A DNA stretch of 64,000 nt from Candidatus Solibacter sp. Its GTDB lineage: Bacteria; Acidobacteriota; Terriglobia; Terriglobales; Acidobacteriaceae. The notes under the pieces were generated by a model. It did no database searches and had not been told where the DNA came from. It was given only the letters and a program-made list of their open reading frames with translations. The stretch is taken from the NCBI GenBank assembly GCA_035501655.1, contig DATJVU010000033.1, forward strand, positions 298,770-362,769, read 5' to 3'. Positions within the stretch are counted from its first letter, which is position 1, and each line of letters opens with the position of its first letter. Shown here piece after piece: positions 54,670-64,000 of the stretch. A program made the position numbers and the translations under genes.

Positions 54670-54731
54670 GCGCAAAAATGTGTTTCTCTGAATCGCGCTC
54701 CTTAAGGTTTCTGGCGATCCCCAAAAAACAA

Positions 54732-54769
54732 ACTCCACGGCACCTTACGCCGTGGAGTCTTCTTTTCTT
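54732..54769 (+). terminator. intrinsic terminator
   Basis: ACTCCACGGC-ACCTTAC-GCCGTGGAGT then CTTCTTTTCTT. Confidence 0.7.
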
Positions 54770-54802
54770 CCAGCCCAGTCTGCCATGTAGAGCTTGAGCA
54801 CA

Positions 54803-54834
54803 GAGAAAAAGCGCGCGCCGAAACGACGCGCGCC
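54803..54834 (-). terminator. intrinsic terminator (minus strand)
   Basis: Minus strand reads GGCGCGCGTC-GTTTC-GGCGCGCGC then TTTTTCTC, 30 nt after the stop of the 54864-55274 gene. Confidence 0.7.
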
Positions 54835-54863
54835 TTCTAGCGAAGCGTGAGAACAAAAGCGAG

Positions 54864-55274
54864 CTACGGGAGAACGGTCACCGCGACGCGTACACCGGGA
54901 TGCCTGAGGTTGAAAAGGTAGTATTCACCGTCAATGAAGTCGATGTAGCAATCGTCGCTGTAGGCCCATCCGGCGGGCCAGGGCTGCACGATTTCAAAGC
55001 GGTAGCCGCCATATTCGAATCGCGGGCGTCCCTCGACAACCGTTACGTGTCGCACCGCGAAATGATGCTCGCGGCCGAAGTGCTCGCGAAAATGTTCGTC
55101 GGAAATCCGGCGATGTTCCTCGCGCCGCTCCTCATGTTCATGGCGCTCTTCCTGCCGCGCCTCGTGGTGCTCTTCCTGTTTTTCGTCTCGATGTTCATCT
55201 TGGGCGAACGCGCTGAGCGCGCCTCCCAGGAGAAACGACGCGCAAATGCCGCCTGCAATTGCCAGCTTTCTCAT
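54864..55274 (-). CDS. small secreted His/Glu/Arg-rich protein
   Basis: ORF 54864..55970 trimmed to ATG 55274. Signal peptide MRKLAIAGGICASFLLGGALSAFA, then DEHRDEKQEEHHEARQEERHEHEERREEH. Confidence 0.55.
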   Translation of the reverse strand: MRKLAIAGGICASFLLGGALSAFAQDEHRDEKQEEHHEARQEERHEHEERREEHRRISDEHFREHFGREHHFAVRHVTVVEGRPRFEYGGYRFEIVQPWPAGWAYSDDCYIDFIDGEYYLFNLRHPGVRVAVTVLP

Positions 55275-55399
55275 CGTTAGTTTCCCTCGCTTGTTTTGAA
55301 GTTGCACCCAAGCGCCGTCGAATCCGAGATGTAAAGAAGATGCGGAATTGAGGGACTCTGTTGCCGGAAACTTTGGCGGCTGCGTAGGAGTTGAAAAGT

Positions 55400-56329
55400 T
55401 TAGCGAGGTTGCGAGTCGATTCTGCGCGCGACCATCTTTCCCAACTCGTCCTTTTCCACATAGGCCCACGGAGTTTTCGGATCGTGCGTGAACACAGTGA
55501 GCCACCGCTCTGGAATGGATTGCGCGTAGTAGGCCTTCTTGCTCTCGATGGTCTGCAGGGGATAGAGATCGAATCCCATGCCCCAGGTGATGTCGATGTG
55601 CGCCGTGGTTGGAATCAGATCGGAGATATAGCAGGCCACTTGAGGGACCGCTACTGCTGAGGCATCTGCGCTTAGTTCTTTTTGCTGGATCTGGGAGTTG
55701 TTGTTCGCGCCTGTAACGATGACGCCTAGCATATGCGCGGTATGGCCGGAAAATGTCTTCACCGAAATTCCGGGCACGATCTCTTCGCCCCCTTTCAGCA
55801 GGGTCATCTGGCCAGAGGCGACCAGCGGATCGTAGTTGTCCGGGATATAGCTGATGGTGTCGCGCTCGCTGGGTTTCCGGGCGTATTGCCATTCGCCCTC
55901 GGGGGCGTAGTACTTTGCGCGCGGGAAGGTCGGGACAATCTTTCCGTTGGCATCGCGCATGGTGTTCCACCCGCAGTGGTCGAAGTGCAGGTGCGTGTTG
56001 ATAACGATATCGATGTCATCCGGAGAGACTCCGGCCGTGCTGAGGTTTTCGAGCAGCTTTGCCGGCTGCCCGTAGAACTTGACCATGCGCTCGGAGAGCT
56101 TGTTGCCCATACCGGTCTCGATGAGTACGGTGTGCTTGCCGGTGCGGGGCCCATCCATGCGAACCAGGAGCGAGTTAAGTCCGGTGGTGACGTAGTTGCG
56201 CGAGTCGGCCTCGACTTTGCGCGACCACATGATCTTGGGAATCACCCCGAAGAAGGCGCCGCCGTCGAGCGGGTAGGTACCGTCGGAAAAGATGCTGAGT
56301 TCAAGGTCGCCGAGCGTCAGTTGAGCCAT
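55400..56329 (-). CDS. MBL-fold metallo-hydrolase
   Basis: ORF trimmed to ATG 56329. HxHxDH motif INTHLHFDHCGWN. Confidence 0.85.
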   Translation of the reverse strand: MAQLTLGDLELSIFSDGTYPLDGGAFFGVIPKIMWSRKVEADSRNYVTTGLNSLLVRMDGPRTGKHTVLIETGMGNKLSERMVKFYGQPAKLLENLSTAGVSPDDIDIVINTHLHFDHCGWNTMRDANGKIVPTFPRAKYYAPEGEWQYARKPSERDTISYIPDNYDPLVASGQMTLLKGGEEIVPGISVKTFSGHTAHMLGVIVTGANNNSQIQQKELSADASAVAVPQVACYISDLIPTTAHIDITWGMGFDLYPLQTIESKKAYYAQSIPERWLTVFTHDPKTPWAYVEKDELGKMVARRIDSQPR

Positions 56330-56501
56330 AAAACTAGTGTGCCACGACGCGCTTCTCCACGGAGGCACAGAGGCGCGGAGGGAATTACCGGTTTCTCATT
56401 CCCGGTGCCTCCGTAGTAGAAGGCCCGTACAGGGCCTGGACCCTTCGGGGTCTCTGTCGCATCTAATGGTTATTAGTTCAGTAATAACTCGGAGAGAAAC
56501 T

Positions 56502-57200
56502 ATGATTCACATTCGTCCGGCAGGGCAGCGCGGGGGTGGCGATCACGGCTGGCTTAAGACTCACCACACGTTCAGCTTTGCCGATTATTGGGACCCGAAA
56601 TGGATGGGATTCCGCTCGCTGCGCGTGATCAATGAAGACTGGGTGGCGCCGAACACGGGTTTCCCGACGCATCCGCACCGGGACATGGAAATCATCACGT
56701 ACGTGCTCGAAGGCAAACTGCAGCACAAGGACAGCCTCGGCACGGGCTCGGTGATTCAGCCTGGGGACGGGCAGCGTATGACGGCCGGCAGTGGAATTTG
56801 GCATAGCGAGTTCAATCCGTCGACGACCGAGCCGGTGCATCTGCTGCAGATTTGGATTCATCCGGAGAAGGATGCTCTGCCGCCGAGCTACGAGCAGAAG
56901 TCTTTCCCGGAGGATGAAAAGCGCGGTAGGCTGCGGCTGATTGCATCGCGCGATGCTAGTAACGGGTCGGTAAAGATTAACCAGGATGCAAAACTCTACG
57001 TCTCCTTGTTGAAGCCGGGAGACGAAGTCGAGCATGAGTTCGCCCGCGGACGCCACGGATGGCTGCAAGTGGCGCGAGGGTCGGTCGAATTGAATGGCCG
57101 GAAACTGGCGCAGGGTGATGGGGCGGCGATCAGCGACGAGCATAAGGTGCACATCTCGGGCGCGAGCGATGCGGAAGTGTTGCTGTTTGATTTGGCATAG
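56502..57200 (+). CDS. pirin family protein
   Basis: ORF 56337..57200. ATG 56502 after GGAGAG. HGWLKTHHTFSFA, FPTHPHRDMEIITYVLEG. Confidence 0.92.
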   Translation: MIHIRPAGQRGGGDHGWLKTHHTFSFADYWDPKWMGFRSLRVINEDWVAPNTGFPTHPHRDMEIITYVLEGKLQHKDSLGTGSVIQPGDGQRMTAGSGIWHSEFNPSTTEPVHLLQIWIHPEKDALPPSYEQKSFPEDEKRGRLRLIASRDASNGSVKINQDAKLYVSLLKPGDEVEHEFARGRHGWLQVARGSVELNGRKLAQGDGAAISDEHKVHISGASDAEVLLFDLA

Positions 57201-57329
57201 CGCGCTTTCCCACATGGGGACATCGATGGCCAGCAGCCGTTTTTTCGCGAAGGTGACAGGGCGTGGAGCGAGCGCCGATAAGGTCTCACTCGCTCCGCTA
57301 CTTTGACGCGCGGCTGCGCTCTTCGTAAG

Positions 57330-58733
57330 ATGCCTTCGATGAAGCGTCTTTCAATCTGCCTCCTTTTCGTACTTGCTGCGTCGATTCTCTTGCCTGCGCA
57401 ATCGTTGCCTGAAGTTGTCATCCGCAACATTACGGTGATTGATGTCGCTGGCGGCTATTTGCAGACACATCGCACCGTTGTGGTACGCGACGGGAAAATT
57501 GCGGAGGTCGACGACGCCAGTGCCGCCGCGAGCGGAAAGCAACACGGCATCACCGTCAATGGCACTGGTAAGTTTCTTATCCCTGGCCTGTGGGACATGC
57601 ATGTCCACATTGTTTTCGGCGACTGGTTCCCGCGCGGCAAGGAAGTCACGCTGCCGCTGTTCGTCGCCAACGGGATCACCGGCGTACGCGATATGGGCAG
57701 CGATTTGGAGACGCTGCAAGCGTGGCGCAAAGAAATTTCTGCTGGAACTCTGATCGGACCTCGCATCGTCATGTCCGGGCCGATGCTTGACGGGCCGCAG
57801 CCGCGCTTTCCTAGTTCGATCGCTATCAAAACGCCAGACGACGGACGCCGCGCCGTCGACGACTTGAAGAAGCGCGGGGCGGATTTCATCAAGCTGCAAT
57901 CGCTGATTCCGCGGGATGCGGTCTTCGCCATTGCCGACGAGGCCAAGAAGCAGGAGATCACTTTCGTCGGCCATGTGCCGGACGCGGTGCGGGCGTCCGA
58001 GGCCTCCGATGCCGGACAGAAGAGTTTTGAGCATCTGATTGGAATCTTCGAAGGCAGCTCGCCGCTGGAAGACGAGTTCATCAAGGGCGCGAAGAGCGAG
58101 GGCAAGTTTCTCTCGACTTACGACGCGGCGCGCGCGGCAAAGCTGTTCGAGTTGCTGGCGAAGAATCACACATGGCAGTGCCCGACTCTGGTGTGGGAGC
58201 GCGGCGGCAACTTAATCGAGCTCACCGATTTTGCCAAAGACGAGCGCGCAAAATATGTCCCCGCCTACTGGAAAGATGTGACGTGGAAGCGCTTCACCGA
58301 ACAGGTCATGCACGACTTCAACACTGACGATCTGGCGACGCGCAAGCGCTTCGTCGCCAAGGAACTCGAGGTTGTGAACGCCATGCACAAGGCGGGAATT
58401 CCGTTTCTCGCGGGAACCGATACGCCGCCGGGGGTTTACATTTTTCCGGGCTTCAGCCTGCACGAAGAGTTGCAGCGTTTCGTTGCCGCAGGGTTCACGC
58501 CGCTCGAAGCCTTGCAAACGGCAACGCTGAACCCGGCGAAGTTCTTCGGCAGAGAAAATGAATTGGGGACGATTGAAAAAGGCAAGCTAGCCGACCTGGT
58601 GCTGCTCGACGCGAATCCGCTCGATGACATTCGCAACACGCAGAAAATTGCAGGCGTCGTGGCGAACGGGCGCTATTTCTCGCGCGCGGATTTGGATAAG
58701 ATGCTGGCGAGTGTAGAGAAGGCCGCGAAATGA
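57330..58733 (+). CDS. amidohydrolase family protein (secreted)
   Basis: Signal peptide MKRLSICLLFVLAAS. LIPGLWDMHVHI metal-binding motif. GTDTPP region. Confidence 0.85.
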   Translation: MPSMKRLSICLLFVLAASILLPAQSLPEVVIRNITVIDVAGGYLQTHRTVVVRDGKIAEVDDASAAASGKQHGITVNGTGKFLIPGLWDMHVHIVFGDWFPRGKEVTLPLFVANGITGVRDMGSDLETLQAWRKEISAGTLIGPRIVMSGPMLDGPQPRFPSSIAIKTPDDGRRAVDDLKKRGADFIKLQSLIPRDAVFAIADEAKKQEITFVGHVPDAVRASEASDAGQKSFEHLIGIFEGSSPLEDEFIKGAKSEGKFLSTYDAARAAKLFELLAKNHTWQCPTLVWERGGNLIELTDFAKDERAKYVPAYWKDVTWKRFTEQVMHDFNTDDLATRKRFVAKELEVVNAMHKAGIPFLAGTDTPPGVYIFPGFSLHEELQRFVAAGFTPLEALQTATLNPAKFFGRENELGTIEKGKLADLVLLDANPLDDIRNTQKIAGVVANGRYFSRADLDKMLASVEKAAK

Positions 58734-58751
58734 CAACCGTACCGCGTCACG

Positions 58752-59660
58752 TCACTCGGTCTGCGGGCTCGCAATCGCTAGACCAAGAGTCGTTCCTGCA
58801 TAGAGCATCGTGTCGCCAAAATAGTTGATGCCCTCAACCTTCACTGCGGTGCTCGGGTCGAGCAGAGCCAGAATCAGAACAGGACCATAGATGACGAGAA
58901 CCTCGAGCGCGATGAAAGCGCCGAGATAGGCTGCCGCTAACCGCGTTTTCTTGGCCAGCAAAATGCACACGCCACAACCCAGTAGCATGGCGCCCGTCAG
59001 ATAACCGATGAGCGCACGCAAGGGAATCCACGCGGGCATTTCTTTCTCCAGCGGGACGCCGGGCATTCCCCACGGATGAAGGAAGTGCTCAACCCCATAA
59101 AAGATCGCGCTGATTCCGAGCACAATACGGCCAACGGTGATGAGCGTGCTCTTCGCTCGAGGCTGCCATCCATCTGTGGCACTCGCTGAGAATAACCATC
59201 CACCCGAACCGAACGACAACTCGCGTAAGAGAAGCGCCCAGCCGAACCGGTCGTGCGGCTTTTGGATCACGCCGGGAATATCCATCATCGCTACAAACGA
59301 AAACATCATGATTCCGAAGAACAGACCTGACCAGCGAATCTGAATTTTCGTGGCAATGCTCAACGACGCCGCGATCAATGCAAAGCCGACGAGATAAGTC
59401 CAGAACAAGGGCCACGGCATAAACGAGGGCACAGCCTGCGAGATACCCTGGGCTGCCGAGAGATGTTCGGCGCCGAAGATTGCCAGTGGCATCGCGAAGA
59501 GCATGTAGCCCAGCGCGACCGCTTTGTCGAGGCCGCGAGCCTGGGCGACGTCGTTTCGTGCGGCGACTGCGGCGATCACAAACAACACGGCGCCGGCGGC
59601 GCACGTCGAGAAGGCCGTGCGTGAGAGTTCGAAAAAGATAGCGAGAGTGGTTAGGTGCAT
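58752..59660 (-). CDS. integral membrane protein, family not recognised
   Basis: ORF 58752..59864 trimmed to ATG 59660, because the upstream part reads antisense through a tRNA-like sequence. About 8 hydrophobic segments. Confidence 0.55.
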   Translation of the reverse strand: MHLTTLAIFFELSRTAFSTCAAGAVLFVIAAVAARNDVAQARGLDKAVALGYMLFAMPLAIFGAEHLSAAQGISQAVPSFMPWPLFWTYLVGFALIAASLSIATKIQIRWSGLFFGIMMFSFVAMMDIPGVIQKPHDRFGWALLLRELSFGSGGWLFSASATDGWQPRAKSTLITVGRIVLGISAIFYGVEHFLHPWGMPGVPLEKEMPAWIPLRALIGYLTGAMLLGCGVCILLAKKTRLAAAYLGAFIALEVLVIYGPVLILALLDPSTAVKVEGINYFGDTMLYAGTTLGLAIASPQTE

Positions 59661-59745
59661 GGATAATCCCGAATCGGTCCAGTTCTCTCGAGTTTTAAAA
59701 GCGAAAGGTAAATTCAGCAGCGTCTCACGCGATAGTCGTGACCGG

Positions 59746-59808
59746 GGGCCCGTAGTGTAATGGCGGCATAACTGCCTGAAGGTGCGGGTTCGAATCCCGT
59801 CAGGTCCA
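59746..59808 (+). pseudogene. truncated tRNA-like sequence (63 nt, lacks the 3' half of the anticodon stem)
   Basis: GGGCCCG-TA-GTGT-AATGGCG-GCAT-A-ACTGC-CTGAAGG-T-GCGGG-TTCGAAT-CCCGT-CAGGTCC-A. Acceptor 6/7 pairs, canonical T-arm, GAA in the anticodon position, about 9 nt missing. Confidence 0.45.
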
Positions 59809-59870
59809 TTCCCCGGTTCGGTAGGGGAATCTGAAGAGGGGCCTTTGACGGGCGGGCTCCTCAAGTAATC

Positions 59871-59899
59871 TTGACTTCAAGAGAGCGCCTTTCCATAAT
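59871..59899 (+). promoter_or_regulatory. sigma70-like promoter candidate (TTGACT-17 nt-CATAAT)
   Basis: Hexamers at 59871-59876 and 59894-59899, with no protein gene downstream on this strand. Confidence 0.4.
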
Positions 59900-59905
59900 C
59901 ACAAT

Positions 59906-59971
59906 GAAGCTTGACGGGCAGATGTGCTGACCCCGAGTGCGAGTCGAAGATGCGCTCGGGGTTTCGTTTTT
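59906..59971 (+). ncRNA. candidate small RNA of about 65 nt (promoter to terminator)
   Basis: Bounded by the promoter candidate and a strand-specific terminator. Convergent with the glnS 3' end. Confidence 0.3.
59931..59971 (+). terminator. intrinsic terminator (plus strand)
   Basis: CCCCGAGTGCG-AAGTCGAAGA-TGCGCTCGGGG (includes T-G wobbles that would be A-C mismatches on the other strand) then TTTCGTTTTT. Confidence 0.7.
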
Positions 59972-59975
59972 CAAC

Positions 59976-61700
<1,725 letters not shown>

Positions 61701-61776
61701 GCATCGATCTTATCGCAACTGATTTTCTGTAAGGATCTACGGCGCGCGAGCGTGGGTGCGTGCTGGCTTTTCGCAA

Positions 61777-62340
61777 CTAGTTGTGCACGTGCGGGCTCTG
61801 CGCCGGATTATGGCGTGGGCCCGGCGGCTCCTTCACAACCTTCACTTCAAAACTGACCGGCAAAGTCTTCGGCGGGAAGCACTGCGCGTTGTCGCAGGCC
61901 TGGTAGCGCAACACGCCGTGCATCACATATTTCCCCGGCACGACAGCGTGCAGCGGGTGCACGGCCACCGCCACGGTGAAGTCACCGGTGTAGACGCTCA
62001 GCGTCTCGTCCGGAGAGAAAGGAAAAGTCAGGTCCTGGCCGGCAGGGTAGTCGATCTTGCCCAGAATGATGTCGGTGGGAAGGTCCATCTTCAGAGCGGT
62101 CGGAATCAGATATTCGGTCTTCGGCGTGTTCGAGTTGATGTGGAATCCATTGCCGATGCGAAAGTTCAGCTTGACCACCGTCTGCGCCGCGCGCGGCGCC
62201 GTGACCAGAGGTACGGGAGCCATCGACACCGAAGGAGTTTTCCCCGCTGGCACCGGTTGCAGCGGCGGATCGGACTGGGCCGCGGCCGCGCCCGCCAGCA
62301 GTGCCAGGCAAAAAAGCAGATTCAATCGTCGCAATATCAT
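61777..62340 (-). CDS. DsbD N-terminal (alpha) domain-like periplasmic protein
   Basis: 187 aa, signal peptide. HINSN...LRYQACDNAQCFPP is typical of the DsbD alpha / DsbC-N-like domain. Confidence 0.7.
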   Translation of the reverse strand: MILRRLNLLFCLALLAGAAAAQSDPPLQPVPAGKTPSVSMAPVPLVTAPRAAQTVVKLNFRIGNGFHINSNTPKTEYLIPTALKMDLPTDIILGKIDYPAGQDLTFPFSPDETLSVYTGDFTVAVAVHPLHAVVPGKYVMHGVLRYQACDNAQCFPPKTLPVSFEVKVVKEPPGPRHNPAQSPHVHN

Positions 62341-62399
62341 CGCGAATAAATGGTAGAGCGTTCGACGCTCTTTTTGCTATTGCCACTTCTGAGACTGCG

Positions 62400-63077
62400 T
62401 CACTTCTGAGCTTGCGAGGCCGAAGCCATGTCAGCCGCGTTCGTAACGGGCTGCGCATCGAGCGTCTTCTTGATCGCGTCTTCCACCTCGCCCTTGCCGC
62501 GCAGCCCGATGAACTTGTCCATGATCTTCCCGTCGCGGCTGATAAAGAAACTCTCGGGCAGCGCGGGCACCCCGCCGTACGCCTCGCCGACGGCCTCTTT
62601 TCCAATCAGTACGGGATAATTCACGCCCATGTCCTTAGCAAACTTGGCGATGTCCTCTTTCGAGGAGTCGTCCATAGCCACGCCGACGATCTGAAACCCT
62701 TGCGGGCCGTATTCTTTTTGCAGTTCCACAAACCACGGCATCTCAATCTTGCACGGACCGCACCACGTAGCCCAGAAATTCAGCAGCACGGCCTTGCCGC
62801 GAAAATCCGAAAGGCGCATGTCTTTTCCGTCGAGCGACTGCAGCGTGAAATCGGGAGCGGGCGAAGATTTGACGGTGCTCGATCTGTGCGTCGGGCCCGC
62901 GCGGCGGGCCATGTGAAAACCGAAATAGAGCATCAGCGCAGCAACGACAGCGGCGACAAACAGCGACATGGGGCTGCGGCCGCGCTCCACCGGCGGCGGT
63001 AAAACGGGCGTGCCGCCATTTACATTGCCCGCTTCTGGCTGCGGTCGCGGAGTCTGATCTTCTGGTTCGATTGACAT
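62400..63077 (-). CDS. TlpA/ResA-like membrane-anchored thioredoxin (redoxin family)
   Basis: ORF 62400..63488 trimmed to ATG 63077. TM anchor. LLNFWATWCGPCKIEMP. Confidence 0.85.
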   Translation of the reverse strand: MSIEPEDQTPRPQPEAGNVNGGTPVLPPPVERGRSPMSLFVAAVVAALMLYFGFHMARRAGPTHRSSTVKSSPAPDFTLQSLDGKDMRLSDFRGKAVLLNFWATWCGPCKIEMPWFVELQKEYGPQGFQIVGVAMDDSSKEDIAKFAKDMGVNYPVLIGKEAVGEAYGGVPALPESFFISRDGKIMDKFIGLRGKGEVEDAIKKTLDAQPVTNAADMASASQAQK

Positions 63078-63097
63078 AAGAATGGAATGACACCTCA

Positions 63098-63820
63098 CTA
63101 CAAAGCAAAACGGTTCAAAAACGACAGCCAGCTTGAGATCAAAGTGAAGCGCCCAATTACCAGCAGCACGCCGAGCGCGATCATCAATCCTCCGCTCGCT
63201 ACTTCGAGCGCATGCATGTGAGAGCGGAAACGGCTGTAAAACTTGAGGAAACGCTCCATCAGAAGCGACGTCAGCAAAAACGGCACCGCTAACCCGAGCG
63301 AATAAACGGCCAGCAGCAATATGCCTTTCACCAGCGTATCTTCTTGGCTGGCGAAGCCGAGGATGAGCGTGAGAATCGGCCCGAGGCACGGAGTCCAGCC
63401 GAAGGCGAAGGCAAAGCCGATTACGAATGCGCCGATCATCGTGCTGTTGCCCTTCACGTTGTGCAGGCGCGTATCCTGCAGCAGCCACTTGATCTGAAAA
63501 ATCCCGGTCAGGTGCAGGCCGAAAATAATGACCACTACTCCGGCCACAATCGAGAGCGTGTGCTTATATTGCGCCGCCAATTGCCCGATCTCCGTCGAGA
63601 CCGCGCCCAGCGTGATGAACACGACGCTGAAGCCCAGGATGAATCCGATGGAATTCAGCATCACGCGCCGCATCAACTGGCCTTGAGCCGCCTTCAATTC
63701 TTCTACGCCGGCGCCGGAAATCATCGAGACATATCCCGGCACAAGTGGCAGCACGCAAGGAGACAGAAACGAAATCAGACCCGCGACAAAAGCGGCAATC
63801 GGCAGTGGAAGGCTGGTCAT
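63098..63820 (-). CDS. ccdA: cytochrome c biogenesis protein CcdA (DsbD transmembrane beta-domain family)
   Basis: 240 aa. FLSPCVLPLVPGYVS and WTPCLGPIL motifs, 6 TM. Confidence 0.9.
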   Translation of the reverse strand: MTSLPLPIAAFVAGLISFLSPCVLPLVPGYVSMISGAGVEELKAAQGQLMRRVMLNSIGFILGFSVVFITLGAVSTEIGQLAAQYKHTLSIVAGVVVIIFGLHLTGIFQIKWLLQDTRLHNVKGNSTMIGAFVIGFAFAFGWTPCLGPILTLILGFASQEDTLVKGILLLAVYSLGLAVPFLLTSLLMERFLKFYSRFRSHMHALEVASGGLMIALGVLLVIGRFTLISSWLSFLNRFAL

Positions 63821-64000
63821 TCGTTATTTATTGTACCCGCACAACATTGACCATGGAGCCCGGGCCACGCTCGTCCGGAGTCGAAGCGCCGCAAATCTCG
63901 GGTTACGAGGCCGCTTTCAAGCCCACGCCACGTCCGCCCACGGGTCTTCTCGAATCAGACGCTCAATCTGACGTTGGCGTAGGGGCCTCTAGCATCTTTT

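Noticed and set aside
55275-55970. Upstream 232 codons of ORF 54864..55970, and likewise 59661..59864 of ORF 58752..59864.
   Set aside because: The first overlaps the MBL hydrolase gene in another frame. The second reads antisense through the tRNA-like sequence. In both cases internal ATGs give proper signal-peptide or TM N-termini.
59746-59808. Functional tRNA-Phe(GAA).
   Set aside because: It is only 63 nt long, the 3' strand of the anticodon stem and most of the variable loop are absent, and the acceptor stem has a C-A mismatch. It is reported only as a tRNA-like pseudogene or fragment.
59904-59930. 8-codon ORF (MKLDGQMC) as a leader peptide or attenuator.
   Set aside because: There is no Shine-Dalgarno sequence, and the predicted transcription start falls on or next to the ATG. 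No downstream gene on that strand could be attenuated.

Overview
High-GC bacterial chromosomal segment. Its gene content and dense load of short palindromic repeats look Acidobacteriota (Terriglobia)-like; this placement is inference only. About 60 credible CDS are present, mostly housekeeping: panB/panC, hemL, valS, nadC, birA-coaX, glnS, hslVU, rpmE, a Dus-family tRNA-dihydrouridine synthase, comEC and an rlmD-like methyltransferase. Other content:
- three secreted glycoside hydrolases (GH30, GH18-like, GH44);
- a DtxR/MntR-type regulator and an NRAMP transporter that share an operator-like palindrome;
- a VapBC pair, a Ser/Thr kinase fused to a beta-propeller, a YciI/ECF-sigma pair, and a split DsbD-type operon (ccdA-tlpA-dsbD_N).

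The clearly accessory block is about 19.5-25.9 kb. It holds a tightly packed minus-strand dcm-vsr-DUF262-HEPN operon with no recognisable restriction endonuclease. Downstream of it lie two diverged 175-bp direct repeats, each ending in a strand-specific intrinsic terminator, and then a PD-(D/E)XK nuclease gene bracketed by 84-bp direct repeats.

A RAYT (REP-associated tyrosine transposase) gene flanked by inverted REP hairpins sits at 47.7-48.2 kb. Related hairpin or palindromic elements appear inserted in frame inside valS and the Dus gene. No rRNA, CRISPR array or intact tRNA was seen; there is one truncated tRNA-like sequence. All calls rest on reading the sequence and ORF track by eye, with no database searches.
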